Part shown: one piece after another, positions 34,401 through 44,085 of the stretch
How positions within the stretch are numbered: position 1 is the stretch's first letter
How the letters are laid out: each line of letters begins with the position of its first letter
Source of the DNA: Diploschistes diacapsis
Taxonomy: Eukaryota
DNA: 45,709 nt
Direction: 5' to 3'
Assembly: GCA_023645945.1 (NCBI GenBank)
Contig: JALAIB010000028.1
Span: forward strand, 1-45,709
Notes under the pieces: generated by a model
Told to the model about the DNA's origin: nothing
The model's database searches: none
Seen by the model: only the letters and a program-made list of their open reading frames with translations
Made by a program: the position numbers and the translations under genes

Positions 34401-35559
34401 GTAGAGGCTGCAATATTTGATTATTACTTCTTCTAAAGACATCGAAAAAGCGGGCGCGAAGTTCAGGCGAGTCTTTCGTGACATGGATAGCTGCAACAAG
34501 GGTAGCGACTTCCTCAGCTAGCTTCTTCGACCCCATCGTAACCGGTTCGCCAATTTTTTCACCTTGAAGATAGAATTGTGCCTGTTGCTGGGAACGTGAC
34601 GATTGTGAATGCTCGACAGTGTGCTTTGATGCCGGAAACTCTTGTTTATACCACAAGAAAAAGCTCTTTGCGTTGCCAACGTTTAGCACATTATTTTCAT
34701 CCCATGAAGACAGTTTCTCGGATTCGGAAAGGTACTTCTCAGCGGCGGATTTAAACTTCATCGAAGCAGCTACCTCTGCCATACGCTCACTCCTGCTTCG
34801 GCCCACGACGGAAATACCCTGTTCAGGTAAATTGATAGTGACTTCAACAACCTTGCCGTGACCTCTGCGTAATATAGAAATACTCTTGACGGAGAACTTA
34901 GGAACCAGGCCATACTTGGCAGCGTATATGTACACATCAAGCTTCGCATCCTTTTCCTCGTTCATGGTATCCTTTTTGACCTTCTCATCTACTGGCCAGA
35001 TACGATTAAGGAGATTTTGTTCGTTAAGCTTGCATAGTAGGTGAAGATAAGCCGCCTTTTCTGCAGATTTCCTGTTCAACCCCTCACCGATGGCCTCAAT
35101 CATGGGCATTTCTGGAAAATGTAGAAAGACATCACATTTACAGACACCGCTGCTCTGGAGTTCGATTGTTGATTTTGGTGTGGCAACTCCTTGCAAGGCA
35201 TTGTGCAAAGTCGATTTCGGCGAGCTCAAAAGCTGTGCTGGAAGCTGTGGCATCTCTTCCTTGCTTGGAAGCTTCTGCGTTAGTAGAAGAGTCTTCTCAT
35301 CAAACTCCATTGGTGGCTGCGCGCGCTCTTGGAACTTGCGGCTTTTCCTAGGTCTCGACTGTGCTTCACCCAAAAGATCTGCCTTCCTCTTCCTAGAAGG
35401 CCCAGCCCCTGAGCCTTTCTTGAAGGGCAAACTCTTTGGGGCATATCCGCCCGTCACGCCCTTCTTAGAGGGCGAACTCTCTGAGCCATATCCGCCGCGC
35501 CCAGTATCTTGTCCCCTTTGGGCATTCTGGAGATTCCCCTTTCGACGTTGGCGCACCAT
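31417..35559 (-). CDS. DEAH/RHA-family RNA helicase with N-terminal dsRNA-binding-like domains (DHX30/DHX9/DHX36-like)
   Basis: First in-frame ATG at 35559. GATGSGKTTQ, TQPRRIAA, DEVH, MSAT, ATNIAETSITI, QRAGRAGR and an HA2/OB-like C-terminus. Confidence 0.92.
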   Translation of the reverse strand: MVRQRRKGNLQNAQRGQDTGRGGYGSESSPSKKGVTGGYAPKSLPFKKGSGAGPSRKRKADLLGEAQSRPRKSRKFQERAQPPMEFDEKTLLLTQKLPSKEEMPQLPAQLLSSPKSTLHNALQGVATPKSTIELQSSGVCKCDVFLHFPEMPMIEAIGEGLNRKSAEKAAYLHLLCKLNEQNLLNRIWPVDEKVKKDTMNEEKDAKLDVYIYAAKYGLVPKFSVKSISILRRGHGKVVEVTINLPEQGISVVGRSRSERMAEVAASMKFKSAAEKYLSESEKLSSWDENNVLNVGNAKSFFLWYKQEFPASKHTVEHSQSSRSQQQAQFYLQGEKIGEPVTMGSKKLAEEVATLVAAIHVTKDSPELRARFFDVFRRSNNQILQPLPPSDMPVSSQTLTKMRATLAEARRSGLGDQYDDLEVNEDRQGAARTNHRRLSLMEIDLRSKQLLGYYKRYLADPDLADLRQTRAEYPMNLYIKEVIDIVQNNLYSIVIGATGSGKTTQVPQILLNEAIQRGEGGKCNIVCTQPRRIAAKSVAQRVADERAENLTNSVGYHVRRDAKLPRLGGSITYCTTGILSQQLQHSPDEIFDSISHLIIDEVHERDIIIDFLLTTLKNAVAERVEQGKSVPRIVLMSATIDSDMFADYFRIKHPTQGFIDCPTLSVPGRTFPVKERHLGEIMESIQREHGAKALSTMNLDKDTRDYLEAETTFARRNPIQTHSGGAPDEQEQDDIVIDWRSERGRALQKRDTAYSETEEALVPHSLIATTIAHILKTTQDGAILVFLPGLDNILKVANTIKDHKPLGINFSDESRYRAFMLHSSIPDAQKDVFNPMPPGCRKIILATNIAETSITIPDVQYVVDVCKLREKQYDQLRRITKLACIWASKSNVKQRAGRAGRVQDGHYYALYSKERFESLRAVGLPELLRSDLQEVCLDIRAQGYKVPVKRFLAGAIEPPSTEAVDSALQNLITLDCLTADETITPLGRLLASLPIHPSLGKMVTLGVIFKCLDPLLIVGAVFNERNLFLNPIARDDKKAANDSKIAYARGTNSDHIASLNAFKEMRFVDQRDGFAALSELSRRRYLHVGAYRSIQGTAEAIASVLEENQIIHATASHRRADLQIGDPSLNVNSDKVGLIKALILAGAFPNIGAHSRNILYRTLRENNALVHPASVNFQPRTRDRSAQNVSPEIPLVSYSTLAKSNDGKSTYMRDTTQVSPLMACLFGGHLGLAPNSVRVLKMDDWLPFYIQSWDRRAASSIIEFRQGLEQMQSEAFATLYKRALLVNNPVREAFAQGLVAILDMDLNGDQAKESKWDQILGSWRKEQGSTSTESVKDDTRSRGNRSGWGKMMDSYKPQDRSGAARRIDRYTPAGSRLAQHG

Positions 35560-35772
35560 ACTGTATGATTTGGACGTTTGCCATGCAGCAACACTTCCTG
35601 GGAGATTTGGTTGTAGAGTGAATTTTGTCCTCAATGACAAAGCTTGGAGTCTAGCAGCCTGCAACAACTCAGCACATGACGTCGAACACAATGTATAACA
35701 CGTACCAATACAAGTATCATATCTAAAGTTAGGGAAGAAAAGTACTCAGACCTAAGTGAATGAACAGCTCGC

Positions 35773-35917
35773 CGCGAAAAGTATGACAGTTCGTGCACTG
35801 GTTCATAAATAATTTCTAATAAGGAATTTGATCACTAGCGTGCCAAGCTTCAAGGTCCATAGCTCCAAATTCTTGGTTGTTGACTAAGCAACTTATCTCC
35901 GCTCCTTTGACGCGCGA
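35773..35917. promoter_or_regulatory. Divergent promoter with SCB-like CGCGAAA and MCB-like ACGCG elements
   Basis: CGCGAAA at 35773-35779 and ACGCGCG at 35910-35916, between head-to-head genes. Confidence 0.35.
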
Positions 35918-36013
35918 TTTCGCTGTTGAGAATTCCTACGTAGACCTTGAATAACGCCTCACATGAACGAAATGTCCTGTTGCTGTAAATGGCTCTAGCA
36001 TACCGTCTAAGAG

Positions 36014-37996
36014 ATGGATCCTACTTCCTCAAAACGTCGCAAGCTCTCTCCCGAAACCTCACTCCACGACGCGTCGCGGACTTCTCTCCCCCTTCCCCGC
36101 GCCTCATTTATGTCGCCTACAAAATCCAGCCTCTCACGCTTCAACCCTAAGGTGCTTTCTAAATCAAATGAATACGACTCACGTCGTAACAGCGAGGATC
36201 GCCCTTCCAGCTCACCGCGGAAGCTCAACCCAATCGCTCTCCGAACGAGCTCCGCCAGGAAAAACACGCGCCTGTCAGCATCTCCGACACGGGCGCCGAG
36301 TTCCTCGCCATCCAGGCAGCCGCGTTCCGAAGGAAACTTGAGTGCGGCACCAAGAAGGGGGTCATTCACAACTAGCGGAAGCGGCCACGCGATAGGTACG
36401 GCGCTAGGAGCCGCCCAAAGTATACCGGTGACGGAAGGCTCATCATCAGCTGCTAGAGAAGGAAATGGGACTGAGAGATCGCTAGTCGAAGAAGAAAAGC
36501 TAGCACAGGTGGTACGCAGGTCCGCACGGGCAACTAGAGGCAATAGACTATCGTGGGTTCGAGCCGAGGAAGAACAAGCGCAAGAACAGCAGGAGCCGGA
36601 GCTGCCGCCAACACCAGAGCAATTGGGGCTTGAGCAGAGGGCAGAAAGGCCCAGAGGGCTGTGGTCGAGTAGCCCGAGCGGTAGGCTGGAGAAGAGGAGG
36701 CGCGAGGAAGGGGTAGGAGTTGGCTCGTCGCCGTTGAAGCCGAGGGATGGGCCGCAAGCAGATGACAACCTAAAGCAGAAGGAGGTGGAAGAAAGAGCGC
36801 AGATCCGGCTGCCAAATATAAACGAAATACAAACGCAAGCCGAAGAAGATCCAGGGCTAGCACAGAGGAAGGACACAATCGAACAATTATCTGCTCAACT
36901 AGAATCGCTACGAAAGGATGTTTCGCTTCTCGAAGACGAGGTACGGCGAAGCCAAAGTGCGATACAGGACCCCCAACTTAGGGGTAGAATATCGCCGGAC
37001 AAGATCATGTGAGTATCCGTTTTCAGCAGAAAGTGGCGTTCCTCATCCTAACCCTCTAGTAGCGCACTGCTAACAACGACAAACCCTTCCAACGCGCCCC
37101 TTGCTCCTCCACCAAAAGGTCCCTCACTTGCCTCGCGTCTTGCCTCCTTCCTGCCCTTTTCCATGCGTCCGGCACTGCAGCAGAAATCTTCCATAGGAGA
37201 AGAAGATCCCAATCTTGCACCAATCTTCTCACACCGTCCATTAACTCCTGCAGACCCTCTCCCGCATCTGCGCCTCTTCACCCCTTTCTCCATCACTAGC
37301 GCCGATACACTTATCATCCCTTCTGATACCAACGCCCCACTTCTTCGTCAGCAGGAAGTCACCCTTTCTGCTTCGCTTTCGTTACTCGCTTTAAAGCTAC
37401 GCCTTATTTCAAACCTCCAAACCGAGACTCTAGAATCAGTATCGCTTCTGAGTATCTCACCTTGGGCGGACTTTGAACTGGGCACTTGGATCCGGCAGGA
37501 AGCCGCGCCGGCCGGCGATGCAGGGAGCATATCCTGGGCCGCCGCGCGCTACCTCGAGGTGTCGAGAGCCAGGGGCGAATGCTGGGCCAAATGCCTGCGA
37601 AAGTGGCCTGGCCTGCTTCGACGGCACCAGCCCGCTCTGGGTTCCAAACTCGATTCGCCGCATCACACAGCTGCTGCTGAGAACGATGCTGAGGCAGAGC
37701 TTGACAAGGTAACTGTCTTCGCGTGTCGGAAGCGGCCCTCTCTTTCCTTCTCTCCAGCGAAGATGGCCTCCAAAGTGCCGCACCTGATGGTCTCGTGGCG
37801 GATAGCGTTCGATTGGGTAGGCGAGCCGCGAAGCGAAGTGCGGTGCGAGGCATCATGGCCGAAGAGGTGGGTGGCGACGGATGAGAGGAGGTCGTTGGGG
37901 ACATTGGGCAAGGCGTTCGATATGCTGGTGCCGCGCGTGGGAGTACTGGGGGCTGTGGAGGGGGTTGTGGGGATGGTTTTTGGACAGAATGGATGA
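36014..37996 (+). CDS. Fungal hypothetical protein: S/R-rich disordered N-terminus, coiled coil, globular C-terminus (possibly RWD-type kinetochore subunit)
   Basis: Exons 36014-37008 and 37060(or 37063)-37996, joined by a GTGAGT..CTAAC..TAG intron. Motifs ASFMSPTKSSL, EPELPPTP, WRIAFDWVGE. Confidence 0.75.
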
Positions 37997-38616
37997 TGGG
38001 GTGGGAGCGGAAGTAGAAAAGCCGGACTACTGAAGGCGTAACCAGGAGAGCTCTCCGCGTGGTTTCCGCTTCTGAGGTTTTTTGAGGCCATGTTGTTCGT
38101 AAGCACTTGCGCAGGCAGTACGCTGCATGGAGCACTTATATGCTCTCGCTATCATAAGCAATTGTGTCATCATTTAAGATACTAGCTGTATCTATATGTG
38201 GTCCCGACTCTTTCCAACTAAAGGTCAACCGCGAAGCACATGACACTTCTGCTGCAGGTTTGCAATACGAATTAAACATGAGCCATGGTAAAATAGCAAT
38301 GCCAGATGATGCTGTGACCCGAAGCCGAAAAAGTCGCAAACCGTTCATGCCTTGATTTTATTAATCACCAGCCGTCTGAATTCGGGCAGCCCCCTCCCCG
38401 GCCTTTTCCTGTTCAGTGTACCAACATCGAAGCATTGCGTGGGGATGATACTCTGAACGTGAGTCGCTAGCGCTGGTAGATTGCACGGTGGTACCAAGTA
38501 AATGAAGAACTATTATGGGCGAATAAGTAAGTGTCCAGGATCATATACGTCGTACTAAATCATGTACCAAATGATATACCTGGGGGCGAACCACCAAAGC
38601 ACCCTTCCACCCCATC

Positions 38617-41600
38617 TCATTTCTTCCCAGCCTCCATCAAAGCCGCAACATTCTCAAGCTCAAAATTCCTTGCGATATCGACCGGCCTCTGCCCCTCTTT
38701 ATCCACCGCTGTGACGTCCCACCCCCTCGACCACCGACAACGCCGCCACCGTCTTGAAATGCCCGCCCCGCGCCGCCCAAGCAAGCGGCGTCCTCCCATA
38801 CTCGTCCCTCGCATTGACATCCATCCGCCCCGTCTTCAGCAACATCCACAGGATCTCCGTGCTGCCCGCAGCCGCCGCCTCCGCAAGCGGCGTGCGGCCC
38901 AGATCGTCTTTCGCATCGAAAGCTCCAGTCCGTCGAGCCCGAGAGCGAGCACGTCGCACATCAGGGACACATAGCCGGACGCCGTGATCCAGGCCAGTAG
39001 ACAGCGGCTATCGCTGCGGTCGCGGTGGTTATAGTCTATGCGGCCGCTCCGCAGCAGTGCGAGGGCGTTGTCGGCGTAACCAGGCAGGTCTAGCGTGCAG
39101 GCTAGTGGCGTCCAGCCGTTGTTGTCTGGGATGTCGACACAGTCTGGTATGTGCTTTAGCAGATAGGCGAGGACGTTGTGGTCCCGCTGGCATGCTGCCC
39201 AGGAGCGGGGTGTACGGCTATCGTTACCGGTGGCGAGGAGCTCGATGCCTGGTGCTCGGTGCAGGAGTTTCACGGCCCGAGGTGGCCATGCTGGCTGGCG
39301 TACGATAGGGGTGTGCGACCTTTCCGGTCGCGGTCATTGACGAGGATCAGGGATGCTTGATAAGGAGACCGACGATTGCGGGATTACCGCTTTCGGCAGC
39401 ACAGGAAAGAACGTTACGGTGGTATTTGTCTTTGTGATTTATGTTTATTGGTGCTTCGAGAAGGCCGGTTCTGGCTGGGATGGATTTGGATGCTACTGCC
39501 CAGTAGAGCGGAGCGCTCTGTGAGTGGCCTTGTAGGTTTGCATTTGGCCGTGGATGTGTCAGGAGCCATTTGACCGTAGAGGCATAGGCTCCTGCTGCTG
39601 CTGCTAGTGTTAATGGCGTCCTGCCTGAGCCGTCTTGGAAGTTCAGGTCCATAAAGCCGTCTGCTAGAAGGACAGAGAGCCACTCCGTATTTCCACGATA
39701 CAGATTAGGTGTTGAGGGATTGATTGCTGAAAACTCTCAGAGCCTGCGACCTGTAAGATAACCTTTAGACATTTTACTCATTCTGCCGAGTAGCCCAGTA
39801 AAACGCTTGGTTAATAGATGAAGCATCGATGTCTCCAGCATCAAGCAAATAACGCACAACCTGATTGTACCTAAAAAAGGAGGCCATCATCAGAAGTATC
39901 TACGAACGGTGGGAAAGGCTCTTTTTGCATCCTCTTTAACCAATAATAACGAAACCAATGGTTCAAATGCTCCTTTCCCGCTCCATAGACTACAAGAGCA
40001 AGAGTATATGATGCCTCTGAAGCGATCTCCGATCTCGTCAGTGAATTGGATGTCGTCTGCCCAGTGCAGAACGGCATAATCAAGCTTGAACTTGGATGTA
40101 AATTTATTCCACAACTTTTCACCAAGAAGTATATTGTCAACGTTTTCCGGCCCATCGAACAGAATATCAGGTAACGTGTACTTGTACTCTAGTATAGAGT
40201 TAGTATCATCATTGACTTTACCCTTACCTGAGTCCTCTTTGCCATGCTGATCATCTAGCAATTCGCTATCCATCGAGGTGTGTAGACGGAAGTCTTCAAG
40301 TGATAAGTATTTAAGGCAAATATGTGCGAGCCTGATTTTCTCAGATGGCAGGTCTATTGCAAACAAAGCACTCAAAGGAGGTGATACGGATGTGCCATGA
40401 GCAGTCGAAAAGTCTTTCAAAGATTGGTGTACCAATTGGATTGTGCCATCGTTAATACGCACAAGAGGTCCTAATGCAGACTGTATCATCTGCTCGTCGA
40501 GATCTTGCGCTTGGGGATTGAGCACTGAAGCTGTTTCAGTTGCTGATCTCATGGAGAAGATAAGACCAATCTCGTCACTAGTCGCTTGAGACAACGATCT
40601 GAAGAAGTTTGCTGGCGTACTCCCGATCCTCATTCAAGGATGGCGTCCAAAATATCCTCATACAGGGAATTTAAGCCAGCTGGCAACGGATAGGCAAGCT
40701 CAGGTACATCAGAGTCAACTAGCATACGTCTCTTCTCCACCAATGGCGGCACTAGCTTGACCCACAAAAAGAATGCGTCTGCTTTCGCCCGAAGCAGATC
40801 CTTGAGGCTATCACGAACGGCAGGCCTGCATGCTCCTCGTTGAACCAGTCTCTTCAAGTGATATTGTATCACAAGATTGACCTCTTCCGCCACCGAGGCC
40901 ATCATGTCGTCTACCAATAGGCAGAGCAGATGAGCTGAGAGCTGTTGGATATCTGTTAAAACTCGGGCATCATGCCGACGACCTGTGACGAAGAACTTCA
41001 CGATTGCTATATCTTTGATAATGTGAACAAGGTCACAAGATGACGTAGCATAACCATTTATGTTTTCTGTTCGCATCCGTCAATAGCATCGATAATAAGA
41101 GTTACAGAGAGGCGCTTCTCATTGTTGACTATCTGAAGCAATATGCTCCACAGCACCTCAAACTGATGCAAAATATGTAGCCCACCGGCGTCACAGGCTT
41201 TATACACATGACGCTAGAGCCGTCTGCGCTTGCTTACGATCTGGAAAATTAGACTCCTGAGTATTTAGCAGCCATCCCGCTGATCTTTTATCTTGTTGTC
41301 GCAGAGGAATCTTGAAAGGAGACCTTCTGGCTTGAGGCCTTTACTGATGCATTGCATGATGTACATCGACAAGGTCGTTTCCCAGAGCCGGCATAGTCCG
41401 TGACCCAATGAATCTTGGAGTCCTGGCTGGATAACCAATCCTTATATTGAGGAATTTCAGGACCCATTCAAGAGTTCCCTCGACCCTTGAATCGAGTTTC
41501 GATTCATAGCCTTCTAGATTACCGGTATTGAGAAGAGCAGCGCATTCCTTTTTCTGTCTCATCCAATGCTGAACTCAATCGTCTCAGTGCTGACCTTGCA

Positions 41601-42745
41601 TTAGAGTTGTTCTAGTACATACACCAGTTTGATGAAATGTTCCCAAGCTGTGCCTTTTAAGTGATGACCTTGAGCCTCTTCAATTAGGGGTTGCATGTCT
41701 TGGGACAGAATTGCATAATTTGGATCACTGAGCCCCAAAAAGCGGCATAGATTCTGGTGATCTAACCAAAGTGGATGTTTCCTCATTAGGAAGGTTGTAT
41801 TGCGGAAGATTCCTCTACAGTCTGAATGTATTAGCAAATGGGTGATGGAAGGGTAGCCCATGATTGTTGTATATGAGCTAATCACTTACCAGTGTGTTCG
41901 TTACCGGATGCGTTTTCGTAAAACTTTCGAATAGAGATCGATTCAGAGATACTAACAAAGTCCTGAGTAAGTACTTGTAACTCTTCAGATTCTTTCGCTA
42001 ATGTCCGTGTCAAACCAATCCGGCGTGAGGGGTGGACTAAACGCTGTGTTTATAATTTTGCCTAGTATACCGCCGTATTTCGCAATGCTGCTGCCTCGAT
42101 GTAGCGTTCCCATAAACACTACAGCTTTTATTGCACGCCAAATGTGAACATATGGCCAGAGCCTATTTGGCCTGCTTAAGAGGGTCCAATGCTTCCTAGT
42201 CCCAGACTTACCTGTTTCAGAACGATCCCTCCCAGACTGTGACAAAGTAATCGGCGCATATTTGGCGTGAAGGAATCAAGAATGAAAAAGAACGCCTGCG
42301 AAAGAGATGCGCACCTGTTTGTAACGCCGTAGCCTCAACCATCGTAGTAAGTCTGCTGCGAAATCCCGTGATGGGTAGCTATATGAAAGGACGCGAGAAC
42401 CTGGTATGATTTTGGGAAGCTCTTCAGGCCAGAAGAAGTCATTTTTCGGATGGGTCCAGGTTCTTCTATGATTACTATTGAGGCCATGAATGAAGACAAT
42501 ATCAACTTCGTGCGGGTCAGGCTGGTTCAAGACGAACAAGTCGTGTTTCCTAAGATTGCTGTTTCCTTTGACGATGTTAGGATCCGAGGATGCTGGTAGC
42601 GAGTTCTGCGAGACATTAGGCTTAGGCAAGATTCAATGGTTTGGTGTGGTCTACTTTTGCAGGTCCTTGGAACTTGCTGAGGAGTTTTGGAAGTGCTATG
42701 TCCCTCACCCCGCTGCTCTTGAAGGTACGATTTAATAGATAGCAT
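38617..42745 (-). pseudogene. Decayed fungal NLR: alpha/beta hydrolase (SesB-like) - NACHT - ankyrin repeats
   Basis: Collinear fragments across many frames: DIVFIHGL..TW..FFWP..RVLSYSY; VFMGTLHRGS; RVEGTLEW; Walker A YAGSGK/T (frameshifted); LIIDAIDGC; KFFVTGR; FLWVKL; QLVHQSLKDF; ankyrins DGSGRTPL, DNNGWTPL, DDLGRTPL, DEYGRTPL. Confidence 0.9.
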
Positions 42746-44085
42746 CAAAATTTCAACATGGCAGAATAGGATGGTTCTGAATAAGCAAATGCAGATTCTC
42801 GACCTCGGGGCTGGCGTTATAACGATTGACACGCAAAACAAGATAAAGAAGACAGATAGTTTATTGCAGATCTACGGCCATGCCTGCTAACAAAGTATGT
42901 GTGTATTTTCATGAAGACAAGGCATCTTTGGTTAATTGCAACAAAGCCCTAATATTAAGGTATTTAAGCATAGTGATCATATGGGGCATTTGGTCTAGGG
43001 GTATGATTTCTCTTTCGCATGTTGAAATCTTCAGATTTGCTAGACAGGTGTTTAGAGAAGGTCCAGGGTTCAATTCCCTGAATGTCCAATTTTTTGAGTA
43101 TTGAAATGCAATTATTTACTTCATCCATTTATTAGACCTCGGTATTTATTATTTATTATGTGGCCTTTTTCTTCTAGTTCAAAGAAAGATGTCCTCCCAT
43201 TTGGGAAACGGATGACATTAAAATCAGTGGTCTCGGATCAACGAATTTCCACAACGTCTCTCAATATTTGTTGCTTGGGAATTCACGAGAAATGCCGAGT
43301 AGGTGGTAAGAATTGCCACCACTTTCTGTTGTAATGGGTATGTATGTATGTATATTCAAACACTAAAGAAGATGGTTCGTGGGAGCAAAGATCATCTTGA
43401 AACTTAAACTGTGAAAGCTGTTTCTTTTATTTGCCAATGGCGGTGTCTTGTTGAAACCATCTCATCTGTTAGGTTATCTGCCTCGAACGTGCCCTAGTTG
43501 CATTAGCATGGCCCAGACCAACTCGCCAAAGTCAGCCAGGCGGGACACATTTCGAATCATCTCAATGTACTGTGCGAAGCACGACTTCGACAAGATTCGG
43601 TGAAATTACTGCCACTGGATAATGATGATGCAACAAGCCATACAAAGTTTCTCTCTCAACAGCCCCTTTCTTTTGTTTGGCCGCTTTTGGGGGCACCAGG
43701 CTTTCCCTTTCCGGGAAGTCGCTAGCGAATTGGGGATTTCCGAGTTGCATTGAACATGAGTTACCTGACTCCGAGCTTGACGGGCTATGACATTTTCACT
43801 GTAGTCAGGTGCTAGCGATATTCTCAAGATGTAGTACGGATAGCATTACATCTGGTAGACGATGCGCCGACTTGACGAGGCTCTGGAAACGGTGAATCTG
43901 CCCAATAATATGTGCCGAGATTCTTTCTATGGAAGGTAGGATCATTTCATGTTATATAAGTTATTGCGGTGGGTACACATTTTCAATTTGACTGTGCCCG
44001 TTGATTTCCATTTTCCCGTTCTCAGTAGCTTGAGACGCTCCGTAAGAACTTCTGCCCGCAAAAGCTTTCCCCCTCATCTTTCAAT

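Noticed and set aside
35560..35691. N-terminal extension of the DEAH helicase from the TTG in the ORF track
   Set aside because: No in-frame ATG upstream before a stop at 35748. ATG 35559 is preferred, though an upstream exon cannot be excluded.
43502..43514. ATTAGCATGGCCC matches part of U6 snRNA
   Set aside because: No upstream ACAGAGA box or downstream U6 sequence; a chance 13-mer.
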